A DNA stretch of 64,000 nucleotides, taken from Candidatus Moraniibacteriota bacterium (GTDB lineage Bacteria; Patescibacteriota; Minisyncoccia; Moranbacterales; UBA1568). The notes beneath the pieces are model-generated. The model saw nothing but the letters and a program-made list of their open reading frames with translations, was not told the origin of the DNA and made no database searches. Location: contig JAYRRF010000012.1 of NCBI GenBank assembly GCA_041910335.1, forward strand, positions 3,728-67,727. The letters are read 5' to 3'. Positions 48,942 through 59,823 of the stretch are shown here, piece after piece (within the stretch, counting starts at the first letter, position 1; the number at the start of each line of letters is the position of its first letter). A program made the position numbers and the translations under genes.

Positions 48942-49544
48942 ATGAAGTTTCTGATCGGAAAAAAACTCGGCATGACCACCCTTTTTGATGAAGAAAAAGG
49001 TGCTTTGAATGTGACTTTGATTTCAGTAACCGAAAACAAGGTAGTCGGCAAGCGTACCAAAGACAAGCATGGTTATATGGCTGTAGAAGTAGCTACCGCA
49101 AAGACTGCTCGCAAGCAATCAGTCAAGGAATTCCGTCTTGATAAGGATTTGACTGAAGAAGAAACCAAAGAAGCAGTCGCTTTTCTTGATGGACTCGAAG
49201 AAAACGGTACCTTGGGTCTCGATCAGTTCACTGTAGGTGAGAAGGTCAATATCACTGGTATCACCAAAGCCAAAGGTTTTCAGGGTGTTGTGAAGCGTTA
49301 CAATTTCCGTGGAGCTCCAGCTTCTCATGGGCGTAAGCATGATATGCGTAAGCCGGGATCTATCGGAGCGACATTTCCAGAACACGTTATCAAGGGTCGT
49401 CGTATGGCAGGTCGTATGGGTGGTGACAAAATGACCGTTCAGAATTTGATGGTGGCCTATGTCAATCAAGAAGAGGGTATCCTCGCTGTCAAAGGTGCTG
49501 TCCCAGGTGTCAATGGTCGCATCGTGAAAGTTATCGGAGCATAA
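48942..49544 (+). CDS. rplC: 50S ribosomal protein L3
   Basis: L3 signature (GKKLGMT, FQGVVKRYNF). Confidence 0.93.
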   Translation: MKFLIGKKLGMTTLFDEEKGALNVTLISVTENKVVGKRTKDKHGYMAVEVATAKTARKQSVKEFRLDKDLTEEETKEAVAFLDGLEENGTLGLDQFTVGEKVNITGITKAKGFQGVVKRYNFRGAPASHGRKHDMRKPGSIGATFPEHVIKGRRMAGRMGGDKMTVQNLMVAYVNQEEGILAVKGAVPGVNGRIVKVIGA

Positions 49545-49558
49545 AGAAAATTACCACT

Positions 49559-50200
49559 ATGATACAAGTAGCTGTTACCAATCTTCAAGGCAAAAAAATA
49601 AAAGACATCGAATTGAACGAGTCTCTTTTCGGCCTTCCTTCAAATGATGTTCTCCTTCACCAGGTGTATGTCGCTTTGACTGCCAATGAGCGTCAGACTA
49701 TTGCTCACACCAAAGACCGTTCTGAGCGTGCTGGATCAGGCAAGAAGCCTTGGAAGCAAAAAGGAACAGGACGTGCTCGTGTCGGTGAAGTACGTAATCC
49801 AGTTTGGCGTAAGGGTGGTGTCGTCTTTGGTCCTCGTAAGGAGGAAGTATACGGAAAAGACACCAACAAGAAGATGCGTCAAAAGGCTACCATGATTGCT
49901 TTGGCAGAAAAGATCAGAAATGAGAAGCTCTTGGTGGTAGACTCACTCGTTTTTGCAGAAGCAAAGACCAAGCTCTGGGCAGAAGCTCGTCAGGCACTCG
50001 GTGTCAGCTACAAGAGCACTATCGTGGCTTTTGGGGGAGAGGAATTTGCTCAGGCACGCGTCACTCGCAATATCCCAAGAACTACCAATACATTGGCAGA
50101 AAACCTCAATGTAGCCCAGCTTCTCAATCACGAGTACATCGTTGTCTCAGAGAAAGCTCTTGAGGCTTTGACTAATCGCTTTAAGGCATGGGAGAAATAA
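49559..50200 (+). CDS. rplD: 50S ribosomal protein L4
   Basis: L4 signature (KPWKQKGTGRAR). Confidence 0.93.
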   Translation: MIQVAVTNLQGKKIKDIELNESLFGLPSNDVLLHQVYVALTANERQTIAHTKDRSERAGSGKKPWKQKGTGRARVGEVRNPVWRKGGVVFGPRKEEVYGKDTNKKMRQKATMIALAEKIRNEKLLVVDSLVFAEAKTKLWAEARQALGVSYKSTIVAFGGEEFAQARVTRNIPRTTNTLAENLNVAQLLNHEYIVVSEKALEALTNRFKAWEK

Positions 50201-50204
50201 GTCT

Positions 50205-50579
50205 ATGGCACTATTTACAGAAAAAACTGAAAAGAAGACAAAGAAGGCCGCTACTAAGAAGTCAGTAGCTGATATGAATTTGACTGGAGTAGCCTACCGC
50301 GTACTTCTGAAGCCTCGTATCACGGAAAAGGCCTACACTCTTGGAGCAAATGGCAAGTATGTTTTTCAGGTAGCAAGCGTTGCTACCAAGCAAAGCGTCA
50401 AAAGAGCAGTAGAAGAAGTCTATGGAGTAGCTGTAGAGTCAGTCAATATTGTCACTCTTCCAGGAAAGACCAAGGTCTTCGGACGTCGTCAGGTAGCTGG
50501 TAAGCGTCAGTCAGTGAAAAAGGCCTATGTCACTTTGGCTGCTGGTCAAACACTCGAATTATTCAAAGCAGGATTGTAA
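50205..50579 (+). CDS. rplW: 50S ribosomal protein L23 (start may be the internal ATG at 50274)
   Basis: YRVLLKPRITEKA L23 signature. N-terminal Lys-rich extension if 50205 is used. Confidence 0.85.
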   Translation: MALFTEKTEKKTKKAATKKSVADMNLTGVAYRVLLKPRITEKAYTLGANGKYVFQVASVATKQSVKRAVEEVYGVAVESVNIVTLPGKTKVFGRRQVAGKRQSVKKAYVTLAAGQTLELFKAGL

Positions 50580-50591
50580 TTCTCACACGTT

Positions 50592-51419
50592 ATGGCAATT
50601 AAAGTTTACAAAAGAAATAATGCAGGACGACGTAACATGTCTGTGGTGAAGCCAGAGGCTGTGACTGACTGTGCTCCAGAAAAATCTCTTCTCGCACCAT
50701 ATAAGAAGCGTGCTGGACGTTCACACGGAAAGATCTCTGTTCGTCACCAGGGTGGTGGACACAAGCGCCGCTTTCGTGTCATTGACTTCCGTCAGAATAA
50801 GTTTGGTATCTCAGGAACCGTGAAGAGTATCGAGAAGGATCCAAACCGTTCAGCTTTGATTGCTTTGGTAGCCTATGCTGATGGTGAGAAGCGCTATATC
50901 CTCGCTACCCAAAAGATGCGTGCTGGTCAGACAGTTGTGTCTGGTGAAGATGCACCTATTGAAGATGGTAACCGTTTGCCACTTCGTGAGATCCCAGTCG
51001 GAACTATCATTTGTAACATCGAGCTCAAGATTGGTAAAGGTGGTCAGATCGTACGTAGCGCGGGATCACAGGCAACTTTGATGGCCCTAGATGGTCCAAT
51101 GGCTCAGGTGAAGCTCGCTTCAAGCGAAATCCGCTTGGTCAGCAAGGATTGCTATGCTACTATCGGGCAAGTGAGCAACTTCGAACACAGTGCAGTCACT
51201 ATCGGTAAGGCAGGACGTGCTCGTCACATGAACAAGCGTCCAGCAGTACGTGGTTCCGCTATGAACCCGGTAGATCATCCACACGGTGGTGGAGAAGGAC
51301 GTCAGCCACTTGGTATGCATCCGAAAACTCCTTGGGGTAAGCCAGCACTTGGTAAGAAGACCCGTAAGAAGAAGAATCCAACTAATAAGTATATTGTCCG
51401 TCGTCGGAACAAGAAGTAA
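50592..51419 (+). CDS. rplB: 50S ribosomal protein L2
   Basis: [11 protein letters not shown] and [12 protein letters not shown] motifs. Confidence 0.95.
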   Translation: MAIKVYKRNNAGRRNMSVVKPEAVTDCAPEKSLLAPYKKRAGRSHGKISVRHQGGGHKRRFRVIDFRQNKFGISGTVKSIEKDPNRSALIALVAYADGEKRYILATQKMRAGQTVVSGEDAPIEDGNRLPLREIPVGTIICNIELKIGKGGQIVRSAGSQATLMALDGPMAQVKLASSEIRLVSKDCYATIGQVSNFEHSAVTIGKAGRARHMNKRPAVRGSAMNPVDHPHGGGEGRQPLGMHPKTPWGKPALGKKTRKKKNPTNKYIVRRRNKK

Positions 51420-51430
51420 TCAAAGAAAGT

Positions 51431-51772
51431 ATGTCACGTAGTCTCAAAAAAGGTCCATACGTAGATCAGAGAGTCCTCAAAAAACTTGAGGGCAAGAAGC
51501 TTGGTGATCGTGAAGTGATCAAGACCTGGTCTCGCGCCTGTGTTATTGCTCCAGAAATGGTTGGTTTTACTTTCGGCGTGCACAACGGACGTGAGCACGT
51601 GAACGTGTTTGTCACAGAAGAAATGGTAGGGCACCGTCTTGGAGAGTTTTCTCCTACCCGTAAGTTCTATCGTCATGGAGGTAAGATGCAGAAAGAACTG
51701 GAACAAGCTGCTAAACAAAGAGAGATTGATGCCGCGAAAGCAGCTAAGGCTTCTCAGAATGCTAAGAAATAG
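51431..51772 (+). CDS. rpsS: 30S ribosomal protein S19 with C-terminal extension
   Basis: [12 protein letters not shown]...GHRLGEF. Confidence 0.93.
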   Translation: MSRSLKKGPYVDQRVLKKLEGKKLGDREVIKTWSRACVIAPEMVGFTFGVHNGREHVNVFVTEEMVGHRLGEFSPTRKFYRHGGKMQKELEQAAKQREIDAAKAAKASQNAKK

Positions 51773-51777
51773 TTTTT

Positions 51778-52281
51778 ATGAAAGTACAAGCAACCCTCAA
51801 AAACCTACGTATCTCTGCTCGTAAGACTCGTCTCGTCACACGTGGCTTGGTTGGTATTGATGCTCGTGAAGCTATGATTCAGCTTTCTAAGCAAATCAAG
51901 AAATCTTCACCACATCTCGAAGCCCTCTTGAAGAGCGCTATTGCTAATGCTGTGAACAATTTTGGTCTCGCAGAAGAGAATCTCTACGTCGCTGATATTC
52001 GTGTTGGCGAAGCTCAGACACTGAAGCGTTGGTTGCCGCGTGCTTTTGGTCGCGCTACCCCGCTCCTCCGTCGCGGCTGTCACGTCACTATCATTTTGGA
52101 TGAAAAAGTAGAAGGAAAAGGACGTGTAGAACCAGTGAAGAAAAAGACTGTTAAGGAAGAGACAAAAGAGGGGGAAGTAAAGAAGGCTCCACAGCAAAAG
52201 AAACTCGCAAGTGAAAAGGTCGGAGCTGCGCCTACACAGGCAGCGAAAGTGAATAAAGTATTTCAAAGAAAATCTGTATAA
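51778..52281 (+). CDS. rplV: 50S ribosomal protein L22 with C-terminal Lys/Glu-rich extension
   Basis: L22 core followed by a 60-aa charged tail. Confidence 0.9.
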   Translation: MKVQATLKNLRISARKTRLVTRGLVGIDAREAMIQLSKQIKKSSPHLEALLKSAIANAVNNFGLAEENLYVADIRVGEAQTLKRWLPRAFGRATPLLRRGCHVTIILDEKVEGKGRVEPVKKKTVKEETKEGEVKKAPQQKKLASEKVGAAPTQAAKVNKVFQRKSV

Positions 52282-52284
52282 ATT

Positions 52285-52953
52285 ATGGGACATAAAGTAA
52301 ATCCAACTGGAGTACGTCTTGGTATCACAACTGGCTGGCAGTCACGCTGGTTTGGTGATAAGAAAATGTACCGTGAACAGCTCAAAAAAGACGTTGAAAT
52401 GCGTGAGCTTATCATGAAGAAGTGGAAAGCAGCTGCTATTGCCTCTGTTGGTATTGAGCGCTCTGCTAATGCTGTTCGTTTGATTATTGAAACTTCTCGA
52501 CCAGGTGTATTGATTGGACGTGGTGGAACTGGTATTGAAGACCTGACACGTGCTGTCAAAAAGAGCTTCTTCGCCGGTAAGAAAGTAGATCTCAAAGTAG
52601 AAGTTCTCGAGGTCAAGCAGGCTGAGACTAACGCTATGTTGGTTGCCCAGCAGGTAGCTGAACAACTTGAGCGTCGTATCCCATTCCGTCGAATACTCAA
52701 GGGTATGCTCGATCAAGTAGAAAGCCACAAGGGAATCGAAGGGGTGAAGATTGAACTCTCAGGTCGTCTCGGGGGTGCAGAAATGTCTCGTCGTGAATGG
52801 TTGTCTCGAGGCAAGATCCCTCTCCACACTCTTCGTGCTGATATCGATTTCGCTCGTTATGAAGCGAATACGACTTACGGAGTGATCGGAATCAAAGTTT
52901 GGATTTACAAGGGAGAAAAATTTAAGGAGGCTCATCAAGAAGAGCAAGAATAG
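52285..52953 (+). CDS. rpsC: 30S ribosomal protein S3
   Basis: MGHKVNPTGVRLG KH-domain start. Confidence 0.95.
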   Translation: MGHKVNPTGVRLGITTGWQSRWFGDKKMYREQLKKDVEMRELIMKKWKAAAIASVGIERSANAVRLIIETSRPGVLIGRGGTGIEDLTRAVKKSFFAGKKVDLKVEVLEVKQAETNAMLVAQQVAEQLERRIPFRRILKGMLDQVESHKGIEGVKIELSGRLGGAEMSRREWLSRGKIPLHTLRADIDFARYEANTTYGVIGIKVWIYKGEKFKEAHQEEQE

Positions 52954-52974
52954 TATACACACAAAGACACGCTT

Positions 52975-53388
52975 ATGTTACTCATGCCAAGAAAAGTTAA
53001 GCACAGAAAGCATCACCGCGGTGGTTGGTTTAAGTCACCAGCAAACCGTGGCGACAAGGTAAGCTTTGGAAGCTTTGGTCTTAAGGCCACTGAACAGGGG
53101 ATTATCTCTGCTCGTCAAATTGAAGCTGCTCGTCGTGCAATGACTCGCTCTATTCAGCGTGGTGGAAAGGTGTGGATCCGTGTTTTCCCTGACAAACCAA
53201 TGACGAAGAAGGGTGAACAAACTCCGATGGGTAAAGGTAAGGGTAGTGTCGATCATTTCGTAGCGAAGGTGCGTGCCGGAAGAGTTCTTTTCGAGCTCGA
53301 TGGTGTGAGCAAAGAAGCAGCTGCAGAAGCGATGCGCTTGGCATCATATAAGCTCGCAGTGAAGACTCGTTTTATTGAGAAGCAATAA
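52975..53388 (+). CDS. rplP: 50S ribosomal protein L16
   Basis: [16 protein letters not shown]. Confidence 0.93.
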   Translation: MLLMPRKVKHRKHHRGGWFKSPANRGDKVSFGSFGLKATEQGIISARQIEAARRAMTRSIQRGGKVWIRVFPDKPMTKKGEQTPMGKGKGSVDHFVAKVRAGRVLFELDGVSKEAAAEAMRLASYKLAVKTRFIEKQ

Positions 53389-53398
53389 GGAAACGTTT

Positions 53399-53614
53399 AT
53401 GAAAGCAAAAGAATGGCAGGAAAAAACGAAGACCGAGCGTCAAAAAGCGCTCATCGACCTACAAGAGCAGGCTCGCAAGCTTCGCTTTGATATGGCGACT
53501 CGTGAAGCCAAGAATGTGAGTGATTACAAGAAGATCAAGAAAGACATTGCTCGTCTGAAAACGATTGAACGTCAGGAAGAGGTTTCCCTTGACGAAACAG
53601 AGAATGTCGGTTAA
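53399..53614 (+). CDS. rpmC: 50S ribosomal protein L29
   Basis: MKAKEW...LRFDMA. Start at the ATG at 53399 rather than the overlapping TTG at 53375. Confidence 0.85.
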   Translation: MKAKEWQEKTKTERQKALIDLQEQARKLRFDMATREAKNVSDYKKIKKDIARLKTIERQEEVSLDETENVG

Positions 53615-53644
53615 ACTATATCTTTACTAAGCAGAAATTATTGT

Positions 53645-53905
53645 ATGAACACAGTGAATACTCCAACCAAAAAAGTACCAACGCACAAGGGTGTCGTGGT
53701 CAGCACAAAGATGGATAAAACCATTGTGGTTAAGGTTGACACACTGAAGACTCATTCGAAGTACCGCAAGCAGTACACTTCAAGTAAGCGCTACAAAGTA
53801 CACACCGAAGAGAACAATTACCAGTTGGGAGATGTAGTTATTTTCCAGGAATGCCGACCATACAGTAAGGACAAACGTCATCAAGTAGTGACTGAAGCTA
53901 AATAA
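53645..53905 (+). CDS. rpsQ: 30S ribosomal protein S17
   Basis: KGVVVSTKMDKTIVVKVD. Confidence 0.93.
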   Translation: MNTVNTPTKKVPTHKGVVVSTKMDKTIVVKVDTLKTHSKYRKQYTSSKRYKVHTEENNYQLGDVVIFQECRPYSKDKRHQVVTEAK

Positions 53906-53929
53906 ACGAGAAAGCAAGAATACAAGTAT

Positions 53930-54301
53930 ATGATCCAAGTAGAAAGCATGCTCAAAGTAGCCGATAACAGTGGTGCCAAGCTCATCAAGTGTTTCAAGGT
54001 GCTCGGTGGTACACGTCGCCGCTATGCTTCGTTGGGTGATATCATCGTTGCTTCCGTCAAATCAGCTGAGCCACGAGGAGCCGTCAAAAAAGGTGATAAG
54101 GTCAAGGCGGTTATCGTTCGTCAGGTAAAGACCTATCGACGCAAAGACAACTCATACATTCGTTTCGATGAGAACGCAGCTGTTATTCTCGATAACAACA
54201 ACAAAGATCCAAAAGGGACACGTATTTTTGGACCAGTGGCTCGTGAGTTGCGTGAAAAAGGTTATACCAAGATAGTTTCATTAGCACCAGAAGTTTTGTA
54301 A
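53930..54301 (+). CDS. rplN: 50S ribosomal protein L14
   Basis: [17 protein letters not shown]. Confidence 0.95.
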   Translation: MIQVESMLKVADNSGAKLIKCFKVLGGTRRRYASLGDIIVASVKSAEPRGAVKKGDKVKAVIVRQVKTYRRKDNSYIRFDENAAVILDNNNKDPKGTRIFGPVARELREKGYTKIVSLAPEVL

Positions 54302-54316
54302 ATCAGCAAGAATTTT

Positions 54317-54619
54317 ATGAAGATCAAAAAGGGAGACCTCGTACAAGTAATCGCTGGAAAGGACCGTGGAAAGCGCGGAGCTGTTCTTGTTGCTATGCCA
54401 AGTCTAGATAAGGTAGTTGTAGCAGGAGTCAATATCATGAAGCGTCACCTCAAGAGCGATGGCACCAAGAAGGGTGAACGAGTAGAGAAAGAAGCTCCTA
54501 TTCATATCTCTAATGTCATGTTGGTCTGCAATGATACCGATAAGCCAACTCGTATCCGTTATGAAGTAAAGGGTGGAGAAAAGGTACGTGTCAGTAAGAA
54601 GTCAGGGAAAACCATCTAA
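54317..54619 (+). CDS. rplX: 50S ribosomal protein L24
   Basis: MKIKKGDLVQVIAGKDRGKRG KOW motif. Confidence 0.93.
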   Translation: MKIKKGDLVQVIAGKDRGKRGAVLVAMPSLDKVVVAGVNIMKRHLKSDGTKKGERVEKEAPIHISNVMLVCNDTDKPTRIRYEVKGGEKVRVSKKSGKTI

Positions 54620-54648
54620 CAGAATCCTCCTAAGAGAGAAGAATCATT

Positions 54649-55206
54649 ATGAAAACAACGAACATCAAACAACGCTACCAGAAGGATGCTATTCCAGGGA
54701 TGAAAGAATCTCTTGGTATCAAGAATCCAATGGCTTTGCCAAAAATCGCTAAAGTAGTGGTTAATGTTGGTGTTGGTAAAATCTTGAAAGACTCAAAGCG
54801 CGTGGATGAAGTGGTTGCTTCTCTTGAGAAGATCACTGGCCAGAAAGTAGTCATGACCCGTGCCAGAAAGGCTATCGCTGGTTTCAAGATTCGTGAAGAT
54901 TTGGAAATCGGCGTACGCGTCACTCTTCATGGTGAGCGTATGTGGAGCTTCCTCGACAGACTCTTCCTTATCGCTTTGCCACGTGTACGTGTCTTCCAAG
55001 GACTTTCAGAGAGAGTAGTGGACTCATACGGTAACGCTAATATTGGATTGAAAGAACACAGTATTTTCCCAGAAATTGTCCCAGAAACCGTTCAGCATTT
55101 GTTCAGTTTTCAGGTCAATATCGTTACGACCGCGAAGGATAAAAAAGAAGGTATGGAGCTGTTCCGTCTCATCGGACTCCCTCTCCAGACAGAAGAGACT
55201 AAATAA
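54649..55206 (+). CDS. rplE: 50S ribosomal protein L5
   Basis: L5 signature. Confidence 0.93.
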   Translation: MKTTNIKQRYQKDAIPGMKESLGIKNPMALPKIAKVVVNVGVGKILKDSKRVDEVVASLEKITGQKVVMTRARKAIAGFKIREDLEIGVRVTLHGERMWSFLDRLFLIALPRVRVFQGLSERVVDSYGNANIGLKEHSIFPEIVPETVQHLFSFQVNIVTTAKDKKEGMELFRLIGLPLQTEETK

Positions 55207-55220
55207 GCAAAAGATATATT

Positions 55221-55406
55221 ATGGCAAAGACATCCACTCACGCAAGAGCACTCAAAACACCGAAATTTTCGAGCCGTCAGGTCCGTCGTTGTTGGAAGTG
55301 TGGTCGAAAGCATGGGTATATGAGAAGATTCGACCTCTGTCGTATTTGTTTCCGAGAGCTTGCGCTTCGGGGACTCATCCCAGGAGTGAAGAAGGCTTCC
55401 TGGTAG
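55221..55406 (+). CDS. rpsZ: 30S ribosomal protein S14 type Z (zinc-binding)
   Basis: 61 aa, [20 protein letters not shown] four-Cys motif. Confidence 0.93.
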   Translation: MAKTSTHARALKTPKFSSRQVRRCWKCGRKHGYMRRFDLCRICFRELALRGLIPGVKKASW

Positions 55407-55445
55407 TAACCGCTAATGACCTCGTCATCTAAGAACTAAGAAACT

Positions 55446-55850
55446 ATGTTAGATCCAATCGCAGACATGATTACAAGAATCAGAAACGCACAGGCCGCCG
55501 GTCATGCAAGCGTGCGTATTCCTCTGTCTAAATTCAAAGAAAAAATCGCTGGAGTACTCCTCGAAGAAGGTTTCATTGAGAGCGTTGCAAAAGAGGGAGA
55601 GGGGGCTCAAGCTGCCTTGGTAGTCGGTCTTCGCTATACACAGGTCAATCCTACCAAGCGTGTCCCTGCTATTTCTGAAATTACTCGTGTGAGCACAGAA
55701 GGATGTCGTATCTATGTGAAGAGTAAGGATGTTCGCAAGGTAAAGAATGGCTACGGTATTTCTATCCTTTCTACTTCTCAGGGAGTGATGACTGGTGGCA
55801 ATGCCTTCAGAAAAGGTTTGGGAGGAGAGTTTCTTTGTAAGGTCTGGTAA
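55446..55850 (+). CDS. rpsH: 30S ribosomal protein S8
   Basis: MLDPIADMITRIRNA. Confidence 0.95.
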   Translation: MLDPIADMITRIRNAQAAGHASVRIPLSKFKEKIAGVLLEEGFIESVAKEGEGAQAALVVGLRYTQVNPTKRVPAISEITRVSTEGCRIYVKSKDVRKVKNGYGISILSTSQGVMTGGNAFRKGLGGEFLCKVW

Positions 55851-55864
55851 TTTTTAGTACTACT

Positions 55865-56395
55865 ATGAGCAGAATTGGAAAAAAACCTATTAGCATCCCA
55901 GCTGGCGTAGATGTCAGTGTCAATGCCAACATCATCACCGTCAAGGGTGCGAAAGGAACACTTGATTTTACTTTTCGTCGAGAAGTAGCTATTGCTACCG
56001 GAGAAGGCCAGGTCAGTGTCGAGAAAAAAGGAAGCACCAAGCTGGCTCAAGCCCTATGGGGGACGACTGCCAAGATGATTGCCAATATGATTGAGGGTGT
56101 CCAGAACGGCTTTCAAAAGCAGTTGGAGCTCAATGGTGTCGGATACCGTATGGCCATTGCTGGTAAGAAGATCACTTTGGCGCTCGGATTTTCACATCCA
56201 GTGGAGGTGATTGTACCAGAAGGCCTTGAAGTGACTATCGAAGGTAACGTCATGACTGTGAAGGGTATCGATAAGCAGAGCGTTGGTCAGTTCGCAGCCG
56301 TAGTTCGCAAGTTGAAGCCAGTAGAGCCATACAAGGGTAAGGGCTTCCGCTATGTAGGTGAAGTGGTCAGACGTAAGGAAGGTAAGAAAGCTTAA
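55865..56395 (+). CDS. rplF: 50S ribosomal protein L6
   Basis: MSRIGKKPI. Confidence 0.95.
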   Translation: MSRIGKKPISIPAGVDVSVNANIITVKGAKGTLDFTFRREVAIATGEGQVSVEKKGSTKLAQALWGTTAKMIANMIEGVQNGFQKQLELNGVGYRMAIAGKKITLALGFSHPVEVIVPEGLEVTIEGNVMTVKGIDKQSVGQFAAVVRKLKPVEPYKGKGFRYVGEVVRRKEGKKA

Positions 56396-56406
56396 TAAAA
56401 CGTTCT

Positions 56407-56763
56407 ATGTTGAAAAAAATTAACCGTCTCAAAAATCGCATAGCTCGTAAGCGTCGCGTTCGTGGCAAGATTGCTGGAACTGCTCTTATTCCTCGTGTCG
56501 CTGTGTACCGCAGTCTTCTCGCTATTTCTGTCCAGTGTATCAATGATGACAATGGCACTACTCTTGCTCAGGCACACTTGCGTGAAACCGGTAAGGCTCC
56601 TAAGAACAATATTGAAGGTGCAGAAAAAGTGGGAACACTTCTCGGAGAGCGCCTCAAAGGTCTTGGTATCGAAGCTATTGTTTTTGACCGAGCAGGTTAC
56701 AAGTATCATGGTAAAGTCAAAGCTTTGGCTGAGGCTCTTCGTAAGCAGGGGATTCAATTCTAA
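56407..56763 (+). CDS. rplR: 50S ribosomal protein L18
   Basis: L18 signature (AVYRSLLAISVQ). Confidence 0.9.
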   Translation: MLKKINRLKNRIARKRRVRGKIAGTALIPRVAVYRSLLAISVQCINDDNGTTLAQAHLRETGKAPKNNIEGAEKVGTLLGERLKGLGIEAIVFDRAGYKYHGKVKALAEALRKQGIQF

Positions 56764-56793
56764 ATTCTATTGAAAGTGTTTTAGTAAAAATAT

Positions 56794-57330
56794 ATGGATA
56801 AGCAACGTAAACCAGGAAAACAAGGCAAAAGACCAGCTCGTCGCGAAAAGCCCGAGTATGAACAGAAGCTCTTAAATCTTGCTCGAGTGACTCGTGTGGT
56901 TAAGGGTGGGCGCCGTTTCCGTTTCCGTGCCACGTTGGTTATTGGTAACCGTAATGGTAAGGTGGGTGTTGGTGTTGCTAAGGGAGCAGATGTTTCTGAT
57001 GCTATCCAGAAGGCTTTTAATGATGCAAAGAAAAATATCATCACTGTTGAACTCGAGAATGGAACCATCACTCATGATGTCATGGCTAAACTCGGAAGCG
57101 CTAAGGTACTTCTGAAGCCGGGTCGTCCTGGACAGGGTGTGATTGCTGGTGGAGCAGTGCGTGCGGTAGTTGATCTTCTTGGTATCAAAGATATTGTTTC
57201 TAAGTCTCTTGGTGCCTCAAACTCACTGAACGTGGCTCGTGTCACCATCGAAGCTCTCTTGAAGCTCAAGGCTCCTCGTGTCAAAGAGGTAGTAGCTACT
57301 GAAGAAGTTAAGGAGGCTACCCAGGCTTAA
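56794..57330 (+). CDS. rpsE: 30S ribosomal protein S5
   Basis: RVTRVVKGGRRFRFRA. Confidence 0.95.
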   Translation: MDKQRKPGKQGKRPARREKPEYEQKLLNLARVTRVVKGGRRFRFRATLVIGNRNGKVGVGVAKGADVSDAIQKAFNDAKKNIITVELENGTITHDVMAKLGSAKVLLKPGRPGQGVIAGGAVRAVVDLLGIKDIVSKSLGASNSLNVARVTIEALLKLKAPRVKEVVATEEVKEATQA

Positions 57331-57352
57331 GCACTCACTGAAATATAGAATT

Positions 57353-57775
57353 ATGCAAATTCATCAACTTACACTTCCAACCAGAAAATCACCAAAGCGT
57401 ATTGGTCGTGGCGGTAAAAGAGGTACTACCGCTGGAAAAGGTACCAAAGGTCAGAAGGCTCGTTCAGGAGCCTCAGTGGACCCTCTTTTCGAAGGTGGTC
57501 GTTCTACTTTTGTAGAGCGTTTGAAGAAGGTGCGCGGTGCCAAAGCCGTCAATCCAAAGAAACACACCGTCACTCTCGCCTCTCTCGACAAGGCTTTTGA
57601 GTCAGGCGAGACTGTTACTATTGCTCTTTTGGTAGAACGCAAAGTAGTTGGTAAAAAAGCTTTGAAAGAAGGGGTAAAAGTCGTTGGTACTGGTACAACC
57701 AAGAAAAAACTGACCCTCGCAGACGGTATTCGTTTCACAGAATCTGTCGCTAAGGCTCTTGATATTAAGGCCTAG
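57353..57775 (+). CDS. rplO: 50S ribosomal protein L15 (follows S5 directly; no L30 gene)
   Basis: IGRGGKRGTTAGKGTKGQKARSG. Confidence 0.93.
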   Translation: MQIHQLTLPTRKSPKRIGRGGKRGTTAGKGTKGQKARSGASVDPLFEGGRSTFVERLKKVRGAKAVNPKKHTVTLASLDKAFESGETVTIALLVERKVVGKKALKEGVKVVGTGTTKKKLTLADGIRFTESVAKALDIKA

Positions 57776-57870
57776 TCAAAGCCTTTTTTCTCCGCTATAC
57801 TAAAGAAAGATGAATACTCTATTCTAGAGTATTTTTTCTTTTTTAATCACTGTTTGTCTGATTCCATCTT

Positions 57871-59142
57871 ATGTGGCAAAACCTCGCTCAAGTGTTTCGT
57901 ATCTCACATCTTCGCAATAAGATTTTCTTTATTTTGGCACTCCTCGTTGTGTACCGTATCGCTGCCAATATCCCTTTGCCGGGGGTAGATGTACTTGCCC
58001 TCAAGAAAATGTTCGAGGAGAATGCCTTTCTGGGACTACTTAATGTTTTTTCTGGTGGAGGATTGAGTAATATCTCTATCGTGCTCTTGGGAGTCGCTCC
58101 ATATATCACAGCTTCTATCATCATGCAGCTTTTGACAACATTGGTACCATCACTAGAACGCATGTACAAAGAAGAAGGTGAGCAGGGTCGTCAGAAATTC
58201 AATATGATTACCCGTTGGCTGACTGTACCACTAGCAGCTTTGCAGTCGTTTAGTATGCTTTCACTTCTTCGCTCTCAGAATGTCTTGGGGGCAATAGATC
58301 CTTTCACTATGGTGGTGATTATTATTTCAGCTACTGCAGGAACTATCTTCTTGATGTGGCTCGGCGAGCTCATTACAGAGAAGGGATTAGGAAATGGAGT
58401 ATCTCTCATCATCTTCGCTGGTATTGTCTCTAGTCTCCCGACGGCTGCTTCACGTTTTTTGGCAACCTGGGATTCATCACAGTTTTTCGTTTACGTACTC
58501 TTCCTCTTGGTAGGAGCTATCACTATTGCTGGTGTGATTCTGGTCAATGAAGGTCAACGTACTATTCCAGTCACCTATGCTAAGCGCGTACGTGGAGCCA
58601 ACTCTTATGGGGGGAGTTCTACTCATCTGCCTTTGAAAGTCAACCAAGCTGGTGTTATACCGATTATCTTCGCAGTTTCTCTCATTCTTATTCCGACTAT
58701 GTTGGCTAATTTTCTCGCAACCAGTAGCCGGGCTGCGATAGCGAGCAAAGCTATACTTATCTCTGGGTGGCTGCAAGATCAACTGGTCTACGGGAGTATC
58801 TACTTCGTTCTCGTAGTTGTTTTTACCTACTTCTATACCGCAGTGGTCTTTGATCCCAACAAGATAGCTGAAAACCTTCAGAAACAAGGAGGGTATATCC
58901 CAGGTATCAGGCCAGGGAGAACAACAGCGGAATATCTCTATCACATCATGAATCGTATCACCTTGGCAGGGGCACTTTTCTTAGGCCTTATTGCTGTCAT
59001 GCCATACGTCGTCCAGGGGATGACTGGTATTAGTTCTGTATCACTTGGTGGAGTGAGTGTACTGATTGTAGTCTCAGTGGTACTCGAAACCATCAAACAA
59101 ATCCAGAGCCAGATGATGATGCGTAGTTACGAAACACTCTAA
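57871..59142 (+). CDS. secY: Preprotein translocase SecY
   Basis: 10-TM SecY signature. Confidence 0.95.
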   Translation: MWQNLAQVFRISHLRNKIFFILALLVVYRIAANIPLPGVDVLALKKMFEENAFLGLLNVFSGGGLSNISIVLLGVAPYITASIIMQLLTTLVPSLERMYKEEGEQGRQKFNMITRWLTVPLAALQSFSMLSLLRSQNVLGAIDPFTMVVIIISATAGTIFLMWLGELITEKGLGNGVSLIIFAGIVSSLPTAASRFLATWDSSQFFVYVLFLLVGAITIAGVILVNEGQRTIPVTYAKRVRGANSYGGSSTHLPLKVNQAGVIPIIFAVSLILIPTMLANFLATSSRAAIASKAILISGWLQDQLVYGSIYFVLVVVFTYFYTAVVFDPNKIAENLQKQGGYIPGIRPGRTTAEYLYHIMNRITLAGALFLGLIAVMPYVVQGMTGISSVSLGGVSVLIVVSVVLETIKQIQSQMMMRSYETL

Positions 59143-59149
59143 AACATAC

Positions 59150-59821
59150 ATGTCTATAGCCACTCATTCTCAGCGTGAAAACTACATTCTTCTTGGTCCA
59201 CCAGGAAGTGGTAAGAGTACACAGGCTAATCGATTGAAGGAGAAACATCAACTGTCACACATCGATATCGGAGGAGAGCTACGACGTCTTGCCGAATCCG
59301 ACACAGATCTTGGTAAACTCATCAACGAAATCATCAATATCAGAAAAGAACTGGTACCAGATGGACTCATTGGGGATGTACTGACGCATGTTCTTCAAGG
59401 GATTGAGTCAGAGAGTGGTATCTTGATTGACGGAGCACCAAGAAGAGTGTCACAGATTGATGAAGTTGAGGACGCACTTGCTGCACAACAAAGAGAGATA
59501 CACAAGGTCATTTTTCTCGACCTTGAAAGTGTTGTGGCTGTGAAGCGTATCTCTACTCGATGGCTGTGCGTAGACTGTAAGAATCCATATATCGGTACTC
59601 AGGCTGAGATAGCAGCACTTGGTGTATGTCAGAAATGTGGCGGAACCATTAGTCAGCGCAAAGACGATACAGAAGAAGGAGTGCAAAAACGCTATCAGGT
59701 ATTTATGGAAGAAACGCGTCCAGTCATTGAGTATTATCGTAACCTTGGTAAGCTCATTCAGATAGATGCTAGCCTTTCTCCAGAACAAGTGTCAGACTGC
59801 ATCGAACAATCTTTAGTCTAA
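59150..59821 (+). CDS. adk: Adenylate kinase with zinc-binding lid
   Basis: GPPGSGKSTQ P-loop. CVDC...CQKCG lid. Confidence 0.93.
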   Translation: MSIATHSQRENYILLGPPGSGKSTQANRLKEKHQLSHIDIGGELRRLAESDTDLGKLINEIINIRKELVPDGLIGDVLTHVLQGIESESGILIDGAPRRVSQIDEVEDALAAQQREIHKVIFLDLESVVAVKRISTRWLCVDCKNPYIGTQAEIAALGVCQKCGGTISQRKDDTEEGVQKRYQVFMEETRPVIEYYRNLGKLIQIDASLSPEQVSDCIEQSLV

Positions 59822-59823
59822 AT